Origin: an uncultured Candidatus Rokubacteria bacterium
Lineage (GTDB): Bacteria; Methylomirabilota; Methylomirabilia; Rokubacteriales; DASRDR01
NCBI GenBank assembly: GCA_963826115.1
Contig: CAWGVS010000005.1
Coordinates: 896,001 to 960,000, forward strand
Direction: 5' to 3'
Length of the DNA: 64,000 bases
A program made the translations under genes and the position numbers. This document shows, piece after piece, positions 24,483 through 32,817 of the stretch; positions within the stretch are counted from its first letter, which is position 1, and the number at the start of each line of letters is the position of its first letter. The notes beneath the pieces were generated by a model, which was given only the letters and a program-made list of their open reading frames with translations, ran no database searches and had not been told where the DNA came from.

Positions 24483-24983
24483 ATGAGGGTCACGCTCCGA
24501 TGTGGGCCGGCGCTCCTGGCGCTGCTGGCGGCCGTCGCGCTGCCGGCCGCCTCGCGCGTGGGCCACGCCCAGTCGCAGCCGCCGATCGAGCTGATCAAGG
24601 TGGATCAGCTGAACGCCATGCTGAAGAAGGGCACGCCGGCCCAGATCATCGACGTCCGGAGCCGGCAGGAGTTCCTGACGCGGCACATCAAGGGGGCCGT
24701 CTCGATCCCGCTCGACACCATCGAGCTCCGGGTCGGCGAGGTCTCCCGCCAGGGCCTGGTCGTCCTCTACTGAGCGTGCCCACACCACCTGGCCAGTTTG
24801 GCCTACGGCAAGCTCCATCAGATGGGATACCGGAACCTGAAGGTCCTGGACGAGGGCATCCCCGGCTGGGTGCAGCAAGGGCTGCCGACCGAGGGCTGGC
24901 AGTCCCGCGGCCCGTTCGTCCCGCACGGGGACGAGACCTATCGCGCCGTGGGAGTGGAGCCCCCCCCGCGGACGACCCAATGA
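24483..24983 (+). CDS. Exported rhodanese-domain protein, probable selenoprotein
   Basis: GGAGG RBS; IIDVRSRQEF..HIKGAVSIP, VVLY-TGA(24771-24773)-ACPHHLAS...VLDEGIPGW in frame; TGA sits at the active-site Cys position. Confidence 0.85.
24791..24803 (+). promoter_or_regulatory. Putative bacterial SECIS hairpin
   Basis: GGCC-AGUUU-GGCC; loop begins 21 nt after the UGA; same AGUU loop as at 21599-21614. Confidence 0.6.
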
Positions 24984-25456
24984 GCGTGGACCCGGCGGCG
25001 CGCGCGGTCCTGCCCGACGCGCGCGACGCCATCCCGCGCCTCCTGGCGCGGCGTGGCTACCGGATCACCGCGCCGCGGCGCGCCGTGCTCGACGCGTTCG
25101 TCACGAGCCATGAGCCGCGCACCGTTGCCCAGCTCCACCGGAGCCTTGGCGGGGAGCGCGTCAACCTGGTCTCGGTGTACCGGACGGTGAAGCTCCTCTG
25201 CGACGTCGGGCTGGTGCGGGCGACCGACGCCGCCCAGGGGCAGCGGCGCTACGAGCTGGCCGAGCCCTTCACCGCCCATCATCACCATCTCATCTGCCGG
25301 CGGTGCGGCCAGATCGAGGACCTCGAGGGGTGCCTGCTCGAGCCTGACGTCCTCGCGCGGCTGGGCCGACGCGTCCGACAGTCCCACCGCTTCCGCGTCA
25401 CCGACCACGAGCTGCGCTTCTTCGGGATCTGCCGCCGCTGCGACGGCGGCGCCTGA
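24980..25456 (+). CDS. Fur-family metalloregulator
   Basis: RITAPRRAVL, SVYRTVKLL, HHHHLICRRCG, FFGICRRC; ATGA overlap with the rhodanese. Confidence 0.9.
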   Translation: MSVDPAARAVLPDARDAIPRLLARRGYRITAPRRAVLDAFVTSHEPRTVAQLHRSLGGERVNLVSVYRTVKLLCDVGLVRATDAAQGQRRYELAEPFTAHHHHLICRRCGQIEDLEGCLLEPDVLARLGRRVRQSHRFRVTDHELRFFGICRRCDGGA

Positions 25457-25469
25457 CCGCTCCGGCCCG

Positions 25470-26399
25470 TCAGGGCCCTGCCCAGGCTCCGAGCAACAGC
25501 ACCAGGCCCACGCAGGCGATCGCTCCCGCTCCGAGGACGCCGAGGACCCCCTTCACGCGGCCTCCCCTGCCGCGCGAGCTCGACGCGGCCCGGAGGGTGC
25601 CGCGCCGCGCGAGCACCGCCAGGATTCCGACCAGGGATACGGTGAGCCCCATCCCGACGGCCATCACCAGCGACGCCGCGATCCCCACCAGGAAAACCCC
25701 CTGCCCCAGCGCGAAGAGCAGGATGATGATCGCGCTCGCGCACGGCGTCAGCCCGGTCGCGAGGACCAGGCCACCCGACACCCGACCGCCGGCCGGATCG
25801 GCCGTCTCCGCCGTGTCCTCGTGCCGGTGGCTCCGGAGCTCCCGGATCGCGGCGACCAGCATCACGAGGCCGATCGTCGTGATGAGGCCGTAGGAGAGGA
25901 GCTCGATCCGCCTCGAGTCCCGGAGGACGTCGAGGCCGGCCCGTCCCAGCAGGAGCGCCGCGAGGGACACGATCGCCACCGCGGAGAGGGTCTGGAGCAG
26001 CGACACGGCGCCGGACACGGCCACCGCCGTGCCGAGCCGCGCGTCCCGGGCGAGGAAGAGCGACGAGACGACCAGCTTCCCGTGCCCGGGGCCGACCGCG
26101 TGGAGCACGCCGTACAGGAAGGCGATCCAGGCGACGGCGAGCGCGGGTTCCGCCACCTCGCCCTGGCGGAGCCGGCGGAGCTCCCGGGACAGCGCCTGGT
26201 TCAGCTGACGCTGCGCCAGGTTGACGCGGCCGAGGATCGCGCGGAGCCAGGGCGCCTGCGCTTCGGCCCCGCCGCCGACGCCGGCGGAGCCGGGGCCGAG
26301 ACCCGGATTGGGCGGCGCGATCGCGGGGCGATCGGTCTGCGCGACGGCCAGGCCGGCGCCGAGGAGGAGCACCGCCAGGGCCGCAACCGCTCGCGTCAC
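25470..26399 (-). CDS. Nickel/cobalt transporter (RcnA/NicO family)
   Basis: YGVLHAVGPGHGK, GLTPCASAIIIL, MAVGMGLTVS. Confidence 0.85.
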   Translation of the reverse strand: MTRAVAALAVLLLGAGLAVAQTDRPAIAPPNPGLGPGSAGVGGGAEAQAPWLRAILGRVNLAQRQLNQALSRELRRLRQGEVAEPALAVAWIAFLYGVLHAVGPGHGKLVVSSLFLARDARLGTAVAVSGAVSLLQTLSAVAIVSLAALLLGRAGLDVLRDSRRIELLSYGLITTIGLVMLVAAIRELRSHRHEDTAETADPAGGRVSGGLVLATGLTPCASAIIILLFALGQGVFLVGIAASLVMAVGMGLTVSLVGILAVLARRGTLRAASSSRGRGGRVKGVLGVLGAGAIACVGLVLLLGAWAGP

Positions 26400-26992
26400 C
26401 GGCGGCGCACCCCGCAGCGGACCGCGTCGGGTGTCGCGAAGGTCTTGTCCCGGACGACCCGGCACTCGACCACGAAGGCGCCGGCCGCCTGGGACTGCGG
26501 TGCCACGGCGGTCGGGTTGTACGCGATGTAGTAGACGGGGTCGTCGAGGACGACCTCGAGCGCGGTCGTCGTCGCCAGGGCCGCGCGGAGCGGCAGTACG
26601 AACTCGTACGTCACGATGCCCTTGGTAACGCTGGCCCGGAAGCTCTTGGCGGGCGTCAGGACGGCCGGCTTCCCGTTGACGTTGACCGTCGTGTAGTAGC
26701 CGGCTTTCTGGAACTCCGGGAGGTGCTTTTCCTCGATCCGCCGGACCTCCTCGGGCGAGAGCACCTGGTTCCGGTCGGCGTCGAACTCCTGGAGGATGAG
26801 ACTGCTGAAGAGGTCGTCGAAGGTCCAGGCGAGGCGGAGGCCCTCCACCCCGTCACCGGCGAGGAGCACCGTCACGGCGTAGTCGATGAAGACGTGGGGG
26901 TGCGCGGCCGCGGGAACGGGCGCCAGGAGGAGCAGCCACGCGAGCAGGCTGGCCCGCGCGCGCCGCCGCGCCGGCCGGATCGGCCGGATCAT
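26396..26992 (-). CDS. DUF1007 periplasmic protein
   Basis: Signal peptide, AHPHVFID, WTFDDLFS, DPVYY; typical partner of the adjacent transporter. Confidence 0.85.
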   Translation of the reverse strand: MIRPIRPARRRARASLLAWLLLLAPVPAAAHPHVFIDYAVTVLLAGDGVEGLRLAWTFDDLFSSLILQEFDADRNQVLSPEEVRRIEEKHLPEFQKAGYYTTVNVNGKPAVLTPAKSFRASVTKGIVTYEFVLPLRAALATTTALEVVLDDPVYYIAYNPTAVAPQSQAAGAFVVECRVVRDKTFATPDAVRCGVRRR

Positions 26993-27093
26993 GGCCCGAT
27001 CCTAGCGGGGCGCGCGCCCGCCGCCAAGGGAATGCGCGGCGCCCCGCTCCCTATCGGGGTATTCCCGATGAGACCGGGGCCGCCGCGCGGACC

Positions 27094-27894
27094 TCAGAAC
27101 GAGAGCGTCACGCTCGCGTAGGGACCGCTCAGGTCGACCTCCGCCTCGTCCCCGTCGTGCTCGCCCTCCGCATGGAAGTACCGGTACCCGATGCGGACCG
27201 CGAGCACGGGGATGGGCAGCCACTCGAGCCCGCCGTCGACGTCGAAGAACGTCCCCCCGTCTCCGATCGTCCCGCCCGTGAGACGGGCCGACAGCGCGAA
27301 GCTCTTGAGGATGGGGACGGGGAACGGGTGGACGATGCCCACCACCCCGAGGGCGGGCAGCGCCATCTGGAGCTCGCCCTCACCCTTCTGGCCGAGGGCC
27401 GGCGCCTCGAGGGTGGCCTTCGCCGAGACGACGCGGACGCCGAGCGTCAGCCCGAGGGCGAAGACGTCGTTGTGGACGACGTCGAAGCCGTAGTCGGCGC
27501 CGCCGAACAGGACGTCGGCCTCCGAGTCGACCCGCGTACTGACGGGGTAAACCTTCCCGTCGAACGTGAAGGTCTGGTCGATCCGCTTGCTTCCGTCCAC
27601 GCTGAAGCCGAACGCCTCGGCCCGGATCGTGTGCCGCTGGGCGAGGCGAAGCGTCGCCGACCCGACGATGACGACGTCGGGATCCTCGAGGCCGATGTCG
27701 TCGTTGCTGATGAGGTTGCCGGCGATCCCGAAGGCGGAGGATTTCGCCTTGGCGTCGAGGGTCGGGAACCAGCCCCCCGCTTCGAGATGGATCGTGGACT
27801 CGTGGAACGCCGCGGCGCCGGTCGGGCCGAGCAGGAGCAGCAGGACCATCGTCACCGACGACACAAACACAGGCGCGAGAACCTTTCGCGTCAT
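27094..27894 (-). CDS. Outer-membrane beta-barrel protein
   Basis: AGGAGG RBS, signal peptide, alternating beta strands, C-terminal GPYASVTLSF. Confidence 0.75.
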   Translation of the reverse strand: MTRKVLAPVFVSSVTMVLLLLLGPTGAAAFHESTIHLEAGGWFPTLDAKAKSSAFGIAGNLISNDDIGLEDPDVVIVGSATLRLAQRHTIRAEAFGFSVDGSKRIDQTFTFDGKVYPVSTRVDSEADVLFGGADYGFDVVHNDVFALGLTLGVRVVSAKATLEAPALGQKGEGELQMALPALGVVGIVHPFPVPILKSFALSARLTGGTIGDGGTFFDVDGGLEWLPIPVLAVRIGYRYFHAEGEHDGDEAEVDLSGPYASVTLSF

Positions 27895-27993
27895 GAAGAG
27901 CCTCCTGGGAGTTGTGCTGCGGGTAGTCCCAGTCTGCCACTGGCCTGCGATGGCTCGGTACGAATACGATGAGACCGAGAGGGGAACTATTCC

Positions 27994-28992
27994 ATGCGTG
28001 CGATGGTGCTCCACCGCCAGGGACCGGTGAGCGATCGCTCGCTCGCGCGCGTCGAGCGACCGGATCCGGAGCCTGGCCCGGGCGAGGTCCGCGTGCGCGT
28101 TCGCGCCGCGGCGATCTGTCGCACCGACCTCCACGTCGTCGAGGGCGACCTCCCGTCGCCCCGGCTCCCCCTCGTCCCCGGTCACCAGACGGTCGGCGTG
28201 GTCGATCGCGTGGGCCCGGACTGTCGCCGCTTCCGGCCCGGAGACCGTGTCGGCATCGCGTGGCTCCGCTCGACGTGCGGCGCGTGCGAGTTCTGCCGGA
28301 GCGACGCGGAGAACCTCTGCGAGGCGTCGCGCTACACCGGCTATCACGAGGACGGAGGGTTCGCGGAGCTCGCCGTCGTTCCCGAGGCCTTCGCCTACGC
28401 GATCCCAGCCGCGTTCTCGGACCCGGAGGCCGCGCCGCTCCTCTGCGCGGGGATCATCGGGTACCGTGCCCTCCGGCGGACCGAGATGACCCGCGGCGGG
28501 CGGCTCGGCCTCTACGGCTTCGGGTCATCGGCTCACGTGGTGATCCAGATCGCCCGACACCGCGGGACCGAGGTGTACGTCGCCACGCGGGCGCCCGCGC
28601 ACCGGGACCTCGCGCGGCGGCTCGGCGCGGTCTGGGCCGGCGAGGTCGGAGCGCCGATGCCGGCCGCGCTCGATGCCGCGATCGTGTTCGCGCCCGCCGG
28701 CGAGGTGGTCCCTCCGGCCCTCCGCGCCATCCGGAAAGGCGGGGTCGTCGTCCTGGCCGGGATTCACATGAGCCCGATCCCGGCCATGGAGTACGGCCCC
28801 CACCTGTTCCACGAGAAGACGCTCCGGAGCGTCGAGGCGAACACCCGGCGGGACGGTGAGGACCTGCTCCGGGAGGCGGCCGAGATCCCGATCCGGCCGG
28901 AGATCGTCCCCTATCCCCTGGAGGCCGCCAACGAGGCGCTCCTCGCGCTCAAGGCGGACCGGCTCTCCGGGACCGGCGTCCTGCTCGTCTAG
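27994..28992 (+). CDS. Zinc-dependent alcohol dehydrogenase family protein
   Basis: ICRTDLH, PGHQ, CGACEFC...NLC, PLLCAGIIGY, GLYGFG. Confidence 0.92.
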   Translation: MRAMVLHRQGPVSDRSLARVERPDPEPGPGEVRVRVRAAAICRTDLHVVEGDLPSPRLPLVPGHQTVGVVDRVGPDCRRFRPGDRVGIAWLRSTCGACEFCRSDAENLCEASRYTGYHEDGGFAELAVVPEAFAYAIPAAFSDPEAAPLLCAGIIGYRALRRTEMTRGGRLGLYGFGSSAHVVIQIARHRGTEVYVATRAPAHRDLARRLGAVWAGEVGAPMPAALDAAIVFAPAGEVVPPALRAIRKGGVVVLAGIHMSPIPAMEYGPHLFHEKTLRSVEANTRRDGEDLLREAAEIPIRPEIVPYPLEAANEALLALKADRLSGTGVLLV

Positions 28993-29013
28993 AGACCGCC
29001 GAAGCCGCCGCGG

Positions 29014-29625
29014 TCAGGCGCCGGGGCCGACCACGAGCTCGAGCGCGGTGATCCGCCCTCCGTTGATGGGGCTGAGGTCCATCGGACAGGACGAGACGGC
29101 CGCGACGACGTCCACCAGACAGCGGAAGACGATCCGGTCACCCGGGCGCGACGGCGCCGGGTGGAAGTCGAACTCGCCGTCGGGCCGGGGCGGCGTCTTC
29201 ATGAAGAGGTTGACCGGATCGGGAAGAAGCCACCCCTCGCCCTGGTGGTAGGGCGCCAGGGCCTCCACGAGGTTCATGCGGCAGCTCCGGTGGTCCGTGA
29301 GGCCGAAGCGCTGGCGATAGAGCGCCGGGCTGCAGGCGCAGAAGAGGAGGTCGTGGACCCCGACGTCGTCCCGCACGATCTCGAGCACGGGCTCGCGGTC
29401 CTGGTTCACCAGGCGGTCGCCAACGCGGAGTGTCAGGCGGCGAAGCGACGAGCGCGTCTGGTGTGGAGACACGGCCTTCCTCGGGTCGTCCCGCTGGATC
29501 GCGACGAAGTCGGCGACCTGCGCGCCCTCCAGGTCCACGACGGACAGGAGCTCGCCGGCCGCGGCGGTGATGGCGCCGCCGTGGGCGGCGGGGACGACGA
29601 CGGAACGCTCTTTCGAGTGGCTCAC
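29014..29625 (-). CDS. DUF1989 / urea carboxylase-associated family protein
   Basis: DLEGAQVADF, HDLLFCACS, HRSCRMNL, SSCPMD; GGAGG RBS before GTG 29625. Confidence 0.82.
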   Translation of the reverse strand: MSHSKERSVVVPAAHGGAITAAAGELLSVVDLEGAQVADFVAIQRDDPRKAVSPHQTRSSLRRLTLRVGDRLVNQDREPVLEIVRDDVGVHDLLFCACSPALYRQRFGLTDHRSCRMNLVEALAPYHQGEGWLLPDPVNLFMKTPPRPDGEFDFHPAPSRPGDRIVFRCLVDVVAAVSSCPMDLSPINGGRITALELVVGPGA

Positions 29626-29753
29626 GCGATCCTCCGTGTCAGGGGGTGTCCCGGACACTGTAGGAAGCCGCTTGGCGCAGGTCAAGCTCGCGGCTGCCGC
29701 GGCCGGACTGCGCTAGGATCGTCGTAAGACGACCGGACCTCGGAGGTGTCGGG

Positions 29754-30287
29754 ATGACGCATACGCTCTGGGTGGCGTTCTTGACGATCGGCCTCTTCTG
29801 GATGGGCGTGCCGGGCGCGCAGGCGGCGAGCAAGTACAACGCCTGCGGCCTCCTGACTGCCGCCGAGCTGCAGGCGGCCGTGCACGCGGGCGTCGACAAG
29901 TCCGACGACAGGGACGTGATCGTGCCGGGCGGCCCGTACAAGGGCGAGACGATGTCGACCTGCACGTGGGCCATGGGCGCGAGCTACGTCAGCCTGAACG
30001 TCATCCGTGCGCCCCAGACGGCCGAGCAGAAAGCCGCGGGGCTCGCTGGTCTCCGGCGGGTCGAGGCGGGTCTGGTCCAGAAGGGGTGGACGGTCCAGCC
30101 CGGAGGCATCCCGGGCGCCGACTGCAACGCCTACAAGCCGCCCGCCGGGAGCACGGCCCGGCCCTTCACCTCGTGCATCATGCAGAGCAAGGGGCTGGCG
30201 TTCTGGATCGGCGCGGGCGGGGCGACGTCGCTGACGCCGCAGCAGGTCAAGGGTCTCGGCGACAAGATCGCCGGCCGGCTCCCCTGA
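29754..30287 (+). CDS. Secreted 4-Cys hypothetical protein (DUF3558-like)
   Basis: GGAGG RBS, signal peptide, ACGLLTAAEL...TCTW...RLP; paralogue at 43711. Confidence 0.75.
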   Translation: MTHTLWVAFLTIGLFWMGVPGAQAASKYNACGLLTAAELQAAVHAGVDKSDDRDVIVPGGPYKGETMSTCTWAMGASYVSLNVIRAPQTAEQKAAGLAGLRRVEAGLVQKGWTVQPGGIPGADCNAYKPPAGSTARPFTSCIMQSKGLAFWIGAGGATSLTPQQVKGLGDKIAGRLP

Positions 30288-30302
30288 CCGGATCGCCGAC
30301 GT

Positions 30303-30983
30303 TCAGCGCAGGGTCCAGCGGAGCCAGGCCGTCCGGATCCGCCAGGGCCGCTCCTCGCGGCGCTTGAAGCCCGGGGCGCCCGAGTAGGCGCGTGCCGCCT
30401 CGTCGAGGGCGGCCCGTGCCCGAGCGATGTCTCCCGTGGCCTGACACGCGCGGGCGAGCTTGTACTGCCCTTCCACGCTGGACGCGCGCACCTCGGTGAA
30501 GCGCTGGAGGTGCATCAGGGCCTCGCCCGGCTGGCCGTGCTGGAGGTAGTAGTCGCCGAGCCGGAGGTGCGGCTCACCGTAGCCGAGCCGAGGATCCCGC
30601 CCGAGCGCCTCCTCGATCAGAGGACGGCCGCGAGTCTCGTCGCCCAGGCGGAGCCGCGCGACCCCGAGGTAGTACGCGGTCTCGGCGACCTCGGGCGCGC
30701 GGGCATGGGCCGCTTCGAGGTGCGGCAGCGCGCGCGAGTGGTCACCTGCCTCGACCAGGAGCCGCCCGAGGTCGGCCTGGGCGTTGGCGTCGTGGGGGTT
30801 CATCGCGACGGCCCGGCGGACCTGGCGGATCGTCAGCCAGCGGTCGATGGCGCGAGGGATCCGGAACAGCCGCGCGGTGAGGTAGCCGTAGCTGGCGGCC
30901 CAGATCACGGCGACGATCACGAGAGCGAGGACGGGATTGCCCGTCATCCAGGTGAGCACGCCGAAGAGGAAGAGGTTCCTCAC
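30303..30983 (-). CDS. Membrane-anchored tetratricopeptide repeat protein
   Basis: N-terminal TM, NPHDANAQADLGRLL, AYYLGVA, PHLRLGDYY. Confidence 0.8.
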   Translation of the reverse strand: MRNLFLFGVLTWMTGNPVLALVIVAVIWAASYGYLTARLFRIPRAIDRWLTIRQVRRAVAMNPHDANAQADLGRLLVEAGDHSRALPHLEAAHARAPEVAETAYYLGVARLRLGDETRGRPLIEEALGRDPRLGYGEPHLRLGDYYLQHGQPGEALMHLQRFTEVRASSVEGQYKLARACQATGDIARARAALDEAARAYSGAPGFKRREERPWRIRTAWLRWTLR

Positions 30984-31051
30984 GGGCTCTCACGATAGCG
31001 GCCGGAGCCGGCGCGCGTCCAGCGCCGATCCACCGATCGCGATCAGCGGGA

Positions 31052-31141
31052 TGGTGCCGGGGGAGGGAGTCGAACCCTCACACGTCTTGCGACGTAGCGG
31101 ATTTTAAGTCCGCCGCGTATGTCCAGTTTCGCCACCCCGGC
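31052..31141 (-). tRNA. tRNA-Leu(TAA)
   Basis: GCCGGGG...GCGGA-CTTAAAA-TCCGC, long variable arm, GGTTCGACTCC, CCA end. Confidence 0.95.
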
Positions 31142-31208
31142 GCGCGGTGACGTCGCCCACCTACGATACCCGGAATCCCTGCCCGGCTAGCTGAGAAGGA
31201 AGAAGTCC

Positions 31209-31586
31209 GTGCTACCCTCCCGGCATGACGCGCGGATTTCGGTCAATCGCGAGGAACACGGTGTCTGCCCAGGATTGCACGTGAGCCCCCCCGACGGCGC
31301 GACCTGCGTCGTGTGCAAGTCCGTGGCGGTGCCCATCAAGGGTGGCGGCGTCGTGCAGTGGGAGCGACAGGATACGCCGGAGTTCCACTACATGGCGACG
31401 CCGCCGGCGATGCGCCGGCGTCAGTGGGCCGCGGAGGAGAAGCTGGCGCCGCTCCGGGATCGCATGGATGCGATCCACCGGAAGGGCCAGGTCGCCTGGA
31501 TCGACGTGAAGGAGAACGGTGACTTCGTCTTCTACCAGGCGCCGCACGGGCAGGTGCCCGCGAACATCCCGCGGACGCCCAGGTAG
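31209..31586 (+). CDS. Hypothetical protein with CxxC
   Basis: AAGGA RBS, GC3-biased frame, TCVVCKS; start uncertain. Confidence 0.5.
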   Translation: MLPSRHDARISVNREEHGVCPGLHVSPPDGATCVVCKSVAVPIKGGGVVQWERQDTPEFHYMATPPAMRRRQWAAEEKLAPLRDRMDAIHRKGQVAWIDVKENGDFVFYQAPHGQVPANIPRTPR

Positions 31587-31616
31587 CTGTCGGGACGACC
31601 GCCGGGTTCGATTCTC

Positions 31617-31766
31617 TTAGAGACAGTTCCGGGCGATGCGACCCGAGAACGTGTCCACGCACGCCTGCGGCGGGGCCGGACCCGCCGGCTGCCCCGACGG
31701 CGCCGTCGAGACGCCTGCGCACCCGTACATTCCCAGCACGACCAGGCTCAGCAGGATGGCCCGCAT
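31617..31766 (-). CDS. Small lipoprotein (49 aa)
   Basis: GGAG RBS; MRAILLSLVVLGMYG-C lipobox; C-terminal Cys pair. Confidence 0.55.
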   Translation of the reverse strand: MRAILLSLVVLGMYGCAGVSTAPSGQPAGPAPPQACVDTFSGRIARNCL

Positions 31767-31903
31767 TCTTGTGCTCCAGTCCTCTTGTCCGGCTGCCACG
31801 ACGATCCGATGACGGCTCGTCCGCTGTCCACAGGGCTCGTCGAAATGTGAACGCGCGAAGAGAAGCCGGTGTTCCCCTCGCGCGGAGCTGGCACCAGGAG
31901 GGA

Positions 31904-31979
31904 TGGAGGCGGCGGGCGGATTCGAACCGCCGAGTAACGGTTTTGCAGACCGTCGCCTTAGCCACTTGGCTACGCCGCC
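31904..31979 (-). tRNA. tRNA-Cys(GCA)
   Basis: GGCGGCG...ACGGT-CTGCAAA-ACCGT...GGTTCGAATCC...CCA. Confidence 0.96.
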
Positions 31980-32030
31980 GTGTCCGGACCGACGCGAGAC
32001 GGGGAGTCAGCGCGCGGGACGACGCGCTGA

Positions 32031-32039
32031 ATTGTACCA
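32031..32039 (-). promoter_or_regulatory. Extended -10 promoter of tRNA-Cys
   Basis: TGgTACAAT about 50 nt upstream of the tRNA. Confidence 0.5.
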
Positions 32040-32082
32040 CCGCGTGCCGACGGGGAAGGCCCGAGCCTCCCTGCGTAGTCCG

Positions 32083-32205
32083 CTAGGGGTTGTCGGCGGT
32101 GATGTCGAAGCCCGCGTAGAGGATCTCTTGCTCGAGCTCCTCGGGCGTGAGGACGCGCTCGACGCGCGGACGCTCGTACTCGGGTGCGGCGGGCGCCTCG
32201 GTCAT
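32083..32205 (-). CDS. Putative RiPP precursor 4
   Basis: MTEAPAAPEYERPRVERVLTPEELEQEILYAG-FDITADNP; GAGG RBS. Confidence 0.75.
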   Translation of the reverse strand: MTEAPAAPEYERPRVERVLTPEELEQEILYAGFDITADNP

Positions 32206-32285
32206 GGCGTCATGCCTCAAGGCGTTGCGGAACCGTGCTCTCCGCGAGGCCCCGGACGACCTCACGGAGCAGCCCCATCGGCCGG

Positions 32286-32408
32286 CTACCCCTCACCGTC
32301 GACGCTGTTGTCGCCTGCGTAGAGGATCTCCTGCTCGAGCTCCTCGGGCGTGGGGACGCGCTCGACGCGAGGGCGCTCGTACTCGGGTGCGGTGGGCACC
32401 TCGGTCAT
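32286..32408 (-). CDS. Putative RiPP precursor 3 (absent from the ORF track)
   Basis: Manual translation: MTEVPTAPEYERPRVERVPTPEELEQEILYAG-DNSVDGEG; GAGG RBS. Confidence 0.75.
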   Translation of the reverse strand: MTEVPTAPEYERPRVERVPTPEELEQEILYAGDNSVDGEG

Positions 32409-32488
32409 GGCGTCATGCCTCAAGGCGTGGCGGAACCGTGCTCTTCGTGAGGCCCCGGACGGCCTCGCGGAGCGGCCTCATCGGTCGG

Positions 32489-32614
32489 CTAGCCGTCGCC
32501 GTCGATGCTGTTGTCGGTGCCGGCGTAGAGGATCTCTTGCTCGAGTTCCTCGGGCGTGAGGACGCGCTCGACACGCGGGCGCTCGTACTCGGATGCGGCG
32601 GGCGTCTCGGCCAT
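32489..32614 (-). CDS. Putative RiPP precursor 2
   Basis: MAETPAASEYERPRVERVLTPEELEQEILYAG-TDNSIDGDG; AGGAGG RBS. Confidence 0.75.
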   Translation of the reverse strand: MAETPAASEYERPRVERVLTPEELEQEILYAGTDNSIDGDG

Positions 32615-32694
32615 GGCGTCATGCCTCCTGGCGTGGCGGAACCGTCTTGTCCGTGAGACCCCGGGCGACCTCGCGGAGCGGCCCCATCCGCTGG

Positions 32695-32817
32695 CTAGCT
32701 GTCGCCGACGACGCTGTTGTCGCCGGCGTAGAGGATCTCCTGCTCGAGTTCTTCGGGCGTGAGGACGCGCTCGACACGCGGGCGCTCGTACTCGGATGCG
32801 GCGGGCGTCTCGACCAT
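32695..32817 (-). CDS. Putative RiPP precursor 1
   Basis: MVETPAASEYERPRVERVLTPEELEQEILYAG-DNSVVGDS; AGGAGG RBS; TAAAAT -10 candidate at 32877-32882. Confidence 0.75.
   Translation of the reverse strand: MVETPAASEYERPRVERVLTPEELEQEILYAGDNSVVGDS

Noticed and set aside
29626-29753. Guanidine riboswitch upstream of the DUF1989 gene
   Set aside because: No recognisable ykkC or paired ACGR-loop motif by eye; an Rfam scan would settle it.
32083-32817. Lasso peptide precursors
   Set aside because: YxxP is present, but there is no Thr(-2), the cores are too short for ring plus tail, and no cyclase or peptidase is nearby.
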